Origin: Actinomycetales bacterium
GTDB taxonomy: Bacteria > Actinomycetota > Actinomycetes > S36-B12 > UBA5976
DNA length: 64,000 nt
Assembly: GCA_018969715.1 (NCBI GenBank)
Contig: JAGWXT010000005.1
Location: forward strand, 13,263 to 77,262
Direction of reading: 5' to 3'
Shown piece by piece: positions 43,791 to 51,857 of the stretch. The position numbers and the translations under genes are program-made. Position 1 is the stretch's first letter. The number at the start of each line of letters is the position of its first letter. The notes below the pieces were generated by a model. The model did not search any database. It was not told the DNA's origin and saw only the letters and a list, made by a program, of their open reading frames with translations.

Positions 43791-44585
43791 ATGACCTCAT
43801 GGCAGGACACGACGATCGTCGTCACCGGGGCCGCACAGGGTATCGGGCGGGCGACGGTTGACCACCTCGTGGCGTGCGGGGCGACCGTGGCAGCGTGGGA
43901 TCTCGATGCCTCGGTGATGGATGTCTTCGCGGGCAACCCGCGGGTGCTGGCGAGTATCTGCGACATCACCAAGGACGCCGATGTCACCGCCGCCACCGCA
44001 GCTGCGGTCGCCCACTTCTGCCCGCCGGGGAGCGCTCGCGGCCCAGGTGGCTCAGCCGGAATCGGTGGCCTGGTGAACAACGCCGGGATCGGTGCCTACT
44101 ACGACCCGGTTGCCATGAGTGAGGCGGAGTGGGACCACGTCATGAGCGTGGACCTCAAGGGGGCATGGATGTGCGTGCGCCGAGTGCTGCCCGAGCTCCG
44201 CAGGAATGGCGGTGGTGCGATCGTCAACATCTCGTCGATCCATGGCCGCATGACGATTGCGGGGATGTTCCCCTATGCGGCGGCCAAGGCCGGCGTGGAG
44301 GGGATGACCAGATCACTGGCCCTCGACCTGGCCGCCGAGGGGATCCGTGTCAACGCCCTGGCTCCGGGATACGTGCGGACGCGCCTCGTGGAGGAGTACA
44401 TCGACCGCTCGGATGACCCAGCGGGGACGCGGGAGACCATTCACGCGAGTATCCCCCTGCACCGGATGGCCGAGCCGATCGAGATCGCCACGACGGTGGA
44501 GTTCCTGCTCTCCGACCGTGCTGGTGCGATCACCGGGGCGGTCATCGCAGTCGACTGCGGCCTGAGTGTGCGCTTCGCCAGTTGA
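43791..44585 (+). CDS. SDR family oxidoreductase
   Basis: Trimmed to ATG 43791 (GGGAGAGGAG RBS). TGAAQGIG, NNAGI and YAAAKAG motifs. Confidence 0.8.
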   Translation: MTSWQDTTIVVTGAAQGIGRATVDHLVACGATVAAWDLDASVMDVFAGNPRVLASICDITKDADVTAATAAAVAHFCPPGSARGPGGSAGIGGLVNNAGIGAYYDPVAMSEAEWDHVMSVDLKGAWMCVRRVLPELRRNGGGAIVNISSIHGRMTIAGMFPYAAAKAGVEGMTRSLALDLAAEGIRVNALAPGYVRTRLVEEYIDRSDDPAGTRETIHASIPLHRMAEPIEIATTVEFLLSDRAGAITGAVIAVDCGLSVRFAS

Positions 44586-44646
44586 CACAGTGACGGCCGC
44601 TGACCGGCCCGGTCGTCGGCCGTGCCCCGTCGCAAGGTGCCGGCGG

Positions 44647-44664
44647 GGGTCACAATTCGATAAC
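44647..44664. promoter_or_regulatory. second copy of the 18-nt box GGGTCACAATTCGATAAC
   Basis: Exact 18/18 match to 26387-26404. Both lie in intergenic DNA 106-134 nt upstream of the first gene of an ABC-transporter operon. AT-rich relative to its surroundings. Confidence 0.5.
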
Positions 44665-44698
44665 GATGCCACCCGGGGCGTGCCGAGGCCTACCGCAA

Positions 44699-44714
44699 GC
44701 GGTAACGTTTCCCG
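44699..44714. promoter_or_regulatory. candidate LacI-type operator, site 3 (GCGGTAACGTTTCCCG)
   Basis: The core GGTAACGTTTCC has 5 of 6 palindromic arm pairs around the central CG. Lies ~87 nt upstream of permease start 44799. Confidence 0.4.
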
Positions 44715-44798
44715 AACCTGTGCTGACAGACGACAGCCAGTGCCGCCGCAGGCGGCGGGAGCATGCGTGAACGAGGCCAGCCGAGGACGGGAGTCGAG

Positions 44799-45803
44799 AT
44801 GAGCACCAGCAAGGCAGCTTCGCGCCGCATCCGGATGCCCGATGAACTCGGTGTCTTCATCGCGCTGCTCGTGCTCATCGGGATCATCGGTGCGCTGCAG
44901 CCGAAGTTCCTCAACATCAACACCTTCCTCAATGTGATGGCGAATAACTCCATCCTTGGGATGCTTGCCCTGGGCACGGTCTTCCTACTCGCCATGCGCG
45001 AGATCGACCTCTCCTTCGGGATGATCCTCAACCTCTCCGGCGTGCTCGCGGGGCTCAGCATGATTGCGGGGGTGCCAGTTGAACTGGGCATCCTGATCGC
45101 GCTCGTGGCGGGTCTGACGATGGGCACCCTCAATGGCTATCTGAGTGTGCAGTTTCGGCTTCCGCTCATCATCATCACGCTCGGCACGGCGTCGATCTAT
45201 CAGGGCACCTCGTTGATCGTCAACAACAAGGGTTCGGTCCTGCCGCCGCCGGAGGTGAAGGCGCACTGGTTCTTCCAGTTCATGGGAGGGCTGACCGACT
45301 TCCCGGTGCCGCCGATCGTCATCGTCTTCCTCGTGCTCGCGGTGGTGCTGCACTTCGTCCTCCACCGCTCGCGGTTCGGCTACCGGATCCTCGCCATCGG
45401 CAGCAACCCCGACTCTGCCCGTCTCGCGGGGATCAATGTCGATGGCTCACGCATCCAGGTCGCCGCGCTGATGGGCGTGATTGCAGGATTCGGGGGTGCC
45501 ATGTTCCTCGGATTCCGTGGCGCTATCGACCCGACCACCGGGTACCAGTTACTGCTGCCGGTGATCGCGGCAGCGATCATCGGTGGCACCCCCCTCTCGG
45601 GGGGTTCCGGCACCATCATCGGTGCTGTCCTCGGAACGCTGGTCGTCGGCGTCATCGCAACCGGTGTCGTCTTCCTCGGCATCGATGCCACCTGGAGCAC
45701 CTTCGTCACCGGCGTTGTCATCGTCGTGGCGGTCGGCATCGATCAGCTGGTGCGAGTCCAGCGCCGCAACCGGGCGGCTGTGGCGTCGGCCGGTGGCCAG
45801 TAG
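44799..45803 (+). CDS. sugar ABC transporter permease (RbsC-like)
   Basis: Trimmed to ATG 44799 (ACGGGAG RBS). Multi-TM. GGTPLSGGSGTIIGA string. Confidence 0.85.
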   Translation: MSTSKAASRRIRMPDELGVFIALLVLIGIIGALQPKFLNINTFLNVMANNSILGMLALGTVFLLAMREIDLSFGMILNLSGVLAGLSMIAGVPVELGILIALVAGLTMGTLNGYLSVQFRLPLIIITLGTASIYQGTSLIVNNKGSVLPPPEVKAHWFFQFMGGLTDFPVPPIVIVFLVLAVVLHFVLHRSRFGYRILAIGSNPDSARLAGINVDGSRIQVAALMGVIAGFGGAMFLGFRGAIDPTTGYQLLLPVIAAAIIGGTPLSGGSGTIIGAVLGTLVVGVIATGVVFLGIDATWSTFVTGVVIVVAVGIDQLVRVQRRNRAAVASAGGQ

Positions 45804-45915
45804 TGCCGGACTCCCACCCCAATGAGCTTCCCGGCCGCGGCCGGGTCGACCCTCCGATCGCAGCCGCGATGGAGGGTGCCGCTAACAGCACCACACCTAG
45901 GCAAGGAGGACAGCA

Positions 45916-47070
45916 GTGCGCAAGCGCGTAGGAATCGCCGCCGTTGCGGCGGCGTTTGCGGTGACCGCAGCAGCATGTGGTGGCACCGCCGACACGGCAA
46001 CTGAGGCACCTGCCGAAGAGACACCGGCCGAGGCACCCGCCGAGGAGGCACCCGCTGAGGCACCCGCCGACGACATCGAGATCGGTTTCGTCACCCACGT
46101 CGTGGGCAACCCGTTCATCCAGCAGATCATCGACGCCGCACTGCAGGCGGGCGAGGACCTTGGAGTCACGGTCACTGTTGCCGGGCCGACCGGTGGCGAG
46201 GCGGATGCCCAGCTCGCCGCAGTGGAGAACCTCGTCGCCGCGGGCGTCGATGGGATCGCGACCTCGGTGCCGTCCAGCTCCATGGACAATGCCCTCAACG
46301 CCATCATCGACAGCGGTATCCCGGTGGCGACCTTCAACCTGCTCTCGCCGGCCGTGAATGCGCCCTACGTTGGGGAGAAGTCGGTTGAGTCCGGCCGCAT
46401 CCTCGGTGCGCGCATCGTCGAGCTGCTCGGTGGTGAGCAGCAGGCCAAGGGCACGGTCGTCGTCGGCATCTGCTTCCCCGGGTTCCCCGTTCTGGAGAAC
46501 CGGGCGAAGGGTGTTCAGGAGGCGCTGGCCAAGGCACCCGGAATCAAGGTGGAGGGCCCCTTCGACGTCAAGGTTGACGCCGCGGAGAACTACTCCAAGT
46601 GGGAGGGCCTCTACCAGGCTAACCCGGACGTTGCCGCACTCGTTGGACTGTGCGCACCGGACGTGGAGAGCCTCGGCCAGCTGAAGGCCAAGAACCCCAA
46701 GGCGAAGTTCATCGCTGGGGGCTACGACCTCACCCCGGGCAACGTTGCGGCGATCGCCAACGACACCGCTCAGGTGAGCCTCGGCCAGACGCCGTTCATG
46801 CAGGGCTACCTGCCGGTGTACATGCTGGTGCAGGCGATCCGGGACGGCGTGAAGCTGGAGCCCGGCTTCGTCGACGCCGGCACTGAGATCGCAACCTCCA
46901 ATCCGCTGCAGGTGATCCAGCCATATGGGCTGCCGCAGCTGACCTTCGACGAGCTGGCGGTCATCGCTGGCGACCCGAAGAAGTCCCGCGAGTTCTACCA
47001 GCCGCTGGTTGACGGCATCATCAAGAACTGGCAGGCAGAGGTGCAGCCGATCGCGAACGAGTCCTCCTGA
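45916..47070 (+). CDS. sugar ABC transporter substrate-binding lipoprotein
   Basis: GTG start with an AAGGAGGA RBS. Lipobox AVTAAAC|GG, linker TEAPAEETPAEAPAEEAPAEAPADD, then a PBP type I body. Confidence 0.8.
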   Translation: MRKRVGIAAVAAAFAVTAAACGGTADTATEAPAEETPAEAPAEEAPAEAPADDIEIGFVTHVVGNPFIQQIIDAALQAGEDLGVTVTVAGPTGGEADAQLAAVENLVAAGVDGIATSVPSSSMDNALNAIIDSGIPVATFNLLSPAVNAPYVGEKSVESGRILGARIVELLGGEQQAKGTVVVGICFPGFPVLENRAKGVQEALAKAPGIKVEGPFDVKVDAAENYSKWEGLYQANPDVAALVGLCAPDVESLGQLKAKNPKAKFIAGGYDLTPGNVAAIANDTAQVSLGQTPFMQGYLPVYMLVQAIRDGVKLEPGFVDAGTEIATSNPLQVIQPYGLPQLTFDELAVIAGDPKKSREFYQPLVDGIIKNWQAEVQPIANESS

Positions 47071-47095
47071 CCTCGTCCGCGCAATAGGCCGGTGT

Positions 47096-47222
47096 GCTGT
47101 GTGGGGGACCCGCGAATGCGGGCCCCCCACACAGCCTGGATCAAGTGTCGGGGGACCCGCGAATGCGGGCCCCCACACAGCCTGGAACAGGTGTCGGGGG
47201 ACCCGCGAATGCGGGCCCCCTA
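47096..47222 (+). repeat. ~2.7 tandem copies (46-47 bp) of a REP-like GC hairpin element between the SBP and ATPase genes
   Basis: Copy 1 (47096-47135) is GCTGTGTGGGGGACCCGC-gaat-GCGGGCCCCCCACACAGC, an 18-bp stem with 1 mismatch. The core GGGGGACCCGCGAATGCGGGCCCCC recurs at 47103, 47150 and 47196. Confidence 0.85.
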
Positions 47223-47259
47223 ACTCGGCATCCCGCCGGGTTCGGAGAGGATTGGACGG

Positions 47260-48801
47260 GTGAACATGACCGCTGAGGCTGCGCCCCCCGCATTGCGGGC
47301 GGTCGGCGTCGACAAGCGCTACGGCGGTGTCCGTGCCCTGCGGAGCCTCGCGATCGAGGTGCGGGCCGGGACGATCCATGCCGTTGTCGGGGAGAACGGT
47401 GCGGGCAAGTCCACGCTCATGAACATCGTCGCCGGTGTCGTCACCCCCGACTCCGGCACCGTCGAGGTCGACGGTCGGCCCTTCGCCCCCCGCGGTGTGG
47501 CCGATGCGCGAGCGGCGGGTATCGGAATCGTCCATCAGGAGTTGCGACTCTTCCCGGATCGGTCGGTGCTGGCCAATCTCTTCGTCAGTGATCTGCCCAC
47601 CCGCCGCGGATTGGTGGACCTCCGGGGCATGGCTGCTCGGTCGGCTGAGATTCGCGCCCAGCTGGGCCTGGACGTGGATCCACTGACGCCCGTCGGGGCG
47701 TTGTCACTGTCGGATCGCCAGTTGGTTGAGCTCGCCCGGGTGCTGCTGGAGCGGCCGCGGCTGCTGATCCTCGACGAGCCGACCTCGGCCCTGAACGCCA
47801 CCGAGACCGCGCGGCTGGCGGCGATCATCCGGGCACTGCCCGCCGGCGGCACGACCGTGCTCTATGTCTCCCATCGGCTTGAGGAGGTCTTCGACCTCGC
47901 CGATGAGATCACCGTCATGCGCGACGGCGAGCGGGTGCTCACCGGTGCCACTGCGGACCTCAGCATCCCCAAGGTGGTCAAGGCGATCGTGGGCGATGAG
48001 GACTTCGAGGCGCCCAGCCGAGCGGCTCGAGGCGATCTGGCTGATGCGGCACCCACCGGCACCCTGCAGGTGACGGGGCTGGCCAGCCGTGGGCAGGTCC
48101 GCGATGTCTCCTTCACCGTGTCAGCCGGTCAGATCATCGGGGTGGCCGGGCTGATCGGATCGGGGGCGGATGAACTGCTGAACCTGCTCTTCGGCGCCGT
48201 TCCCCTGCGGGCCGGCACCGCGGTGTACCCGGATGGGCGAGGGGTCCCGCGATCCCCCACCGAAGCCGCCCGCCGGGGGATCGCCCTGGTGCCGGCTGAC
48301 CGGCGGCATTCCGGGCTGATGCTGGAGCGCTCGGTCAGCGACAACCTCGCACTGGTCACCGTCGGCGCCCTCGCCCAGGGCCCCTTCCTGCTGCAGCCAC
48401 GGCGGTTGCGAGCCGCTGCTGCTGGGATCATCAGCCGGTTCGGGATCAAGGCCGACCGTCCCGACACGATTGTGGGGACGCTCTCCGGGGGGAACCAGCA
48501 GAAGGTGGTGGTCGCCAAGTGGCTGGTCACCGAGCCGCGGATCGTCCTCCTCGATGACCCAACCCGGGGAGTTGACATCGGAGCGAAGGGCGAGATCTTC
48601 GCCCTGATCCGCACCCTGGCCGATGAGGGGCGTACGGTGCTGTTCCGCTCCACCGAACTCGCCGAGCTGGTCGTGCTCTGTGACACCATTCTCGTGCTCC
48701 GCGATGGCCGCGTGGGCGAGGTGCTGAGCGGAGTGACCGAGTCCGAGCTCCTCGCGGCGGTGAACACCGCGTCGGTGCCAGCATCCGCAGGTGCCGCCTG
48801 A
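47260..48801 (+). CDS. sugar ABC transporter ATP-binding protein (fused double NBD, CUT2)
   Basis: GTG 47260 or ATG 47266. Walker A GENGAGKST and signature LSGGNQQKVVVA. Confidence 0.9.
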   Translation: MNMTAEAAPPALRAVGVDKRYGGVRALRSLAIEVRAGTIHAVVGENGAGKSTLMNIVAGVVTPDSGTVEVDGRPFAPRGVADARAAGIGIVHQELRLFPDRSVLANLFVSDLPTRRGLVDLRGMAARSAEIRAQLGLDVDPLTPVGALSLSDRQLVELARVLLERPRLLILDEPTSALNATETARLAAIIRALPAGGTTVLYVSHRLEEVFDLADEITVMRDGERVLTGATADLSIPKVVKAIVGDEDFEAPSRAARGDLADAAPTGTLQVTGLASRGQVRDVSFTVSAGQIIGVAGLIGSGADELLNLLFGAVPLRAGTAVYPDGRGVPRSPTEAARRGIALVPADRRHSGLMLERSVSDNLALVTVGALAQGPFLLQPRRLRAAAAGIISRFGIKADRPDTIVGTLSGGNQQKVVVAKWLVTEPRIVLLDDPTRGVDIGAKGEIFALIRTLADEGRTVLFRSTELAELVVLCDTILVLRDGRVGEVLSGVTESELLAAVNTASVPASAGAA

Positions 48802-48850
48802 GCCCCCTACCTGCCCGCCCCGCACACAGCAACCGAAGGGAGTCGATGAC

Positions 48851-49177
48851 ATGATCCGCCGCGCCTTCACCATGCGCCTCAAGCCCGGTGGCTTGGCCGA
48901 GTACCGGCGCCACCACGACGAGATCTGGGCCGAGCTCGTCGCCGAGATCGAGCAGCAGGGGATCGCCCAGATCACCATCTTCGAGAACGACCCCGTCCTC
49001 GTGCTCTACTCGGAGATCCGCGATCCGGATGCCTGGGATCGCCTCTGGCACTCAGCGGTCCACGACCGTTGGTCGGAGCTGATGAACCCACTCATGGAGT
49101 TCAACAGCGACGGCATCGTCGACTCCTCGGAGTTGCGCGAGGTATTCCACTTGGAGACCTCGCCCACCGGATCATGA
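48851..49177 (+). CDS. L-rhamnose-mutarotase family protein (second copy)
   Basis: Trimmed to ATG 48851 (GAAGGGAG RBS). 108 aa: MIRRAFTMRLKPGGLAEYRRHHDEIWAELVAEIEQQG, same family pattern as 25931-26245. Confidence 0.75.
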   Translation: MIRRAFTMRLKPGGLAEYRRHHDEIWAELVAEIEQQGIAQITIFENDPVLVLYSEIRDPDAWDRLWHSAVHDRWSELMNPLMEFNSDGIVDSSELREVFHLETSPTGS

Positions 49178-50001
49178 TCGGCCCGGTCGACCTCACCGGA
49201 CGGATCGGCCTAGTCACCGGCGCCAGTCGCGGTCTGGGCCGGGCGATCGCTGAGGCGATGGCGGGCTCTGGTGCAACGGTGGTTGCCGTTGCGCGCACCG
49301 AAGTGGCGGGTGCGCCCGGTGGCGACCACGGGCCGGGGCGGATCATCCCGATGACCTGCGATGTGGCCGATGTCGATGCGGTGATGGCGCTCGGTGAGCG
49401 GGTGGCTGCCGATGTGGGGCCGGTGTCGATGCTTGTCAATGCGGCCGGCGTCTTCGGCCAGATCGAGTTGATCGCGCGCACCGATCCCCATGCGTGGGTG
49501 CGCACGATCATGGTGGATGCCGTGGCGTCCTACCTCACGGTGCGCGCCTTCCTGCCGGGAATGCTCGACGCGGGATGGGGTCGGATCGTCAACCTCACAT
49601 CGGCCGCATCCCTGCACCCACCGGGGCCGCTGAACAGCGCCTACGGCACCGCCAAGGTGGCTCTCAACCAGTTCACCCGTCACCTCGCAGCGGAGATCGC
49701 CGGCACCGGGGTGACCGCCAACGTCATCCACCCCGGTGATGTGCAGACCGCAATGTGGGCCGATATCCGCGATCAGGTGACCGCCCTGGGGCCGGTTGCC
49801 GCCGACTACCAGGCCTGGGTGGATTGGGTGGCCGAGACCGGCGGTGACCCCCCGCAGAAGGCCGTCGACCTGGTGCTGCGCCTGGTCTCGGATCAGGACG
49901 GCGTACCGAACGGCGAGTTCTGCTGGATCGATGATCCACTGCAGGCCCCCATCGCCAGTTGGGATCCGCCCAGTGGCGCCCGTCCCTGGCTGGACGAATG
50001 A
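49174..50001 (+). CDS. SDR family oxidoreductase
   Basis: Trimmed to ATG 49174 (ATGA overlap). TGASRGLG and YGTAKVA motifs. Confidence 0.8.
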   Translation: MIGPVDLTGRIGLVTGASRGLGRAIAEAMAGSGATVVAVARTEVAGAPGGDHGPGRIIPMTCDVADVDAVMALGERVAADVGPVSMLVNAAGVFGQIELIARTDPHAWVRTIMVDAVASYLTVRAFLPGMLDAGWGRIVNLTSAASLHPPGPLNSAYGTAKVALNQFTRHLAAEIAGTGVTANVIHPGDVQTAMWADIRDQVTALGPVAADYQAWVDWVAETGGDPPQKAVDLVLRLVSDQDGVPNGEFCWIDDPLQAPIASWDPPSGARPWLDE

Positions 50002-50732
50002 CGGGAGTCCTCGCCGGTCGGGTGGCGGTTGTGACGGGAGCCTCGCGGGGGATCGGGTACGGGATTGCACGGCGGCTGGCCGCGGAGGGGGCGGCGGTCG
50101 GTTTGATCGCCCGATCGCCGGAGCGGTTGGCGGCGGTCGCCGATCGGTTTGACAGCTCACGACTGGCGGTGGCGGCCGCTGATGTGGGGGACTGGTCGCA
50201 GGTGCAGGCTGCGGTCGCGAAGCTGACATCGGCCCTTGGGCCGATCGATCTGGCCGTGGCCAACGCTGGGATGGGGATCATCGGCCCCGTTGCCGAGGCG
50301 GATCCGCAGACCTGGGCGGCGATGATGCAGGTGAACTATCTCGGCACCGCCCACCTGATCCGCGCGGTGCTGCCTGACATGCTCGCACGCGGCCACGGGG
50401 ACATCAGTGCGATCGTGTCGGCCGGCGGGACCCGCGGCTACCCGAACTGGTCGGGCTACTGTGCGAGCAAGCACGCGGTCATGGGCTTTCTGGAATGCCT
50501 GTCACAGGAGGTCACCAGCAAGGGGGTCCGCGTGGGCGCCCTCTGCCCAGGTGGCGTCGACACCCCCTTCTGGGACGACCTCAATGAGGACCTCTACACC
50601 GCAGGCAGCAGTGAGCGCGAGCGCCTGATGAGCCCGGACGATGTCGCAGCGATGCTGCTCGCGCAGGTGACGCTGCCCCGTGGCCTGCTGCTGAAGCAGG
50701 CCCTCTTCTTTCCCGTGAATGAGTGGCACTGA
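49998..50732 (+). CDS. SDR family oxidoreductase
   Basis: Trimmed to ATG 49998 (ATGA overlap). TGASRGIG and YCASKHA motifs. Confidence 0.85.
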   Translation: MTGVLAGRVAVVTGASRGIGYGIARRLAAEGAAVGLIARSPERLAAVADRFDSSRLAVAAADVGDWSQVQAAVAKLTSALGPIDLAVANAGMGIIGPVAEADPQTWAAMMQVNYLGTAHLIRAVLPDMLARGHGDISAIVSAGGTRGYPNWSGYCASKHAVMGFLECLSQEVTSKGVRVGALCPGGVDTPFWDDLNEDLYTAGSSERERLMSPDDVAAMLLAQVTLPRGLLLKQALFFPVNEWH

Positions 50733-50762
50733 GATGCCGATCGGTCGACCACCTGCCGTCGA

Positions 50763-51857
50763 GTGCCGGGCGGTGAACTGATCGCCGTGAACCGGCTCGA
50801 GCAGTCAACGGGGGATGTGGGCGAGCAGGCTCCGGAGGGTCCGGCAAGCATTCGCGACGTTGCCGCACGGGCCGGGGTTGCCCTATCAAGCGTGTCCCGG
50901 GTGCTGTCGGGTCACCCGGACGTCTCCGACCGGATGCGCACCCGCGTCCAGCAGGCGGCGGATGAGCTCGGCTATGAACCCGATCTGCTCGCTCGCGCCC
51001 TGCGGCGCGGTTCGACGATGACCGTGGGCTTCCTGCTGCGCGATATCTCCAACCCGCTGTTCGCGGCGATTGCCAGCGACTGTGAGCGCAGACTGCGCGA
51101 TCGTGGCTACTCGATGCTGCTGGCGAACTCCGACGGTGAGGTTGCGATCGAGGAGGAGAACCTCGGACTGCTGCGGCGACGGCGGATTGACGGCCTGATC
51201 GCCTCACTTGAATCCGAGACCGCCGACACCACCCGTCGGGCACTGTCCGCGTACACCGCTCCGATCGTCCTGCTGGATCGGGAGGTAGCGGGTCTGGTCA
51301 CCGCGGGTGCGGTTCTCAATGACCACTTCACGGGCGTGAGTGCGGCCGCCCATGACCTCATCGCGAAGGGGCACCGCCGGATCGCCCTGGTCACCGGCGC
51401 AACCACCGTCCGCTCCACACGCGAGCGACGTCGGGCAATCGAGGCGGCCCACCGCCGAGCGGGACTGCCGATGGATCCCTCGCTCATGAGCCACACCACC
51501 TTCAACACCGGCGACTCCGAGCGCGCGGTCGCACGCCTGCTGGCACAACCGGATCCGCCGACGGCGCTCGTGGCCGGCGGCATCGGACCGAGTATCGGCA
51601 CTCTCACCGCACTGCGGGACGCTGGACGCCAGCCGGGTCGCGATATCGCCATGGTGGTGCTCGATGAGTGGCCACTGCTGGAGATCACGATGCCGCATCT
51701 GGGATCGGTGGCGCGCGATGCGGCGGCCACCGGCAAGGCTGCCGCGGATGTCCTCATCGAGATGATGGCCGGGGGTGAACCGCGTACGGTCGTCACCGAC
51801 ACCCGCTATGACCCGCGCGGCTCGGTGATCCCGGTTGAGCGCTGCCGGGCCCGGTGA
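50763..51857 (+). CDS. LacI-family transcriptional regulator
   Basis: HTH IRDVAARAGVALSSVSRVLSG...GYEPDLLARALRRG followed by a PBP-type effector domain. The true start may be an internal GTG (50790 or 50817). This is the only regulator gene in the ~53-kb catabolic region. Confidence 0.85.
   Translation: MPGGELIAVNRLEQSTGDVGEQAPEGPASIRDVAARAGVALSSVSRVLSGHPDVSDRMRTRVQQAADELGYEPDLLARALRRGSTMTVGFLLRDISNPLFAAIASDCERRLRDRGYSMLLANSDGEVAIEEENLGLLRRRRIDGLIASLESETADTTRRALSAYTAPIVLLDREVAGLVTAGAVLNDHFTGVSAAAHDLIAKGHRRIALVTGATTVRSTRERRRAIEAAHRRAGLPMDPSLMSHTTFNTGDSERAVARLLAQPDPPTALVAGGIGPSIGTLTALRDAGRQPGRDIAMVVLDEWPLLEITMPHLGSVARDAAATGKAAADVLIEMMAGGEPRTVVTDTRYDPRGSVIPVERCRAR

Noticed and set aside
47096-47222. 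Possible small CRISPR array (repeated ~25-nt palindromic core).
   Set aside because: There are fewer than three full units. The 'spacers' are themselves repeated, the repeat is a long perfect hairpin of REP type, and no cas genes are present. It is a tandem hairpin repeat.
45718-47535. 605-aa ORF on the minus strand spanning the SBP gene and the hairpin repeats.
   Set aside because: It is antisense to a well-supported lipoprotein SBP gene. Its translation is Arg/Gly/Pro-rich with no motifs, which is typical of shadow ORFs in high-GC DNA. It also crosses an intergenic repeat region.
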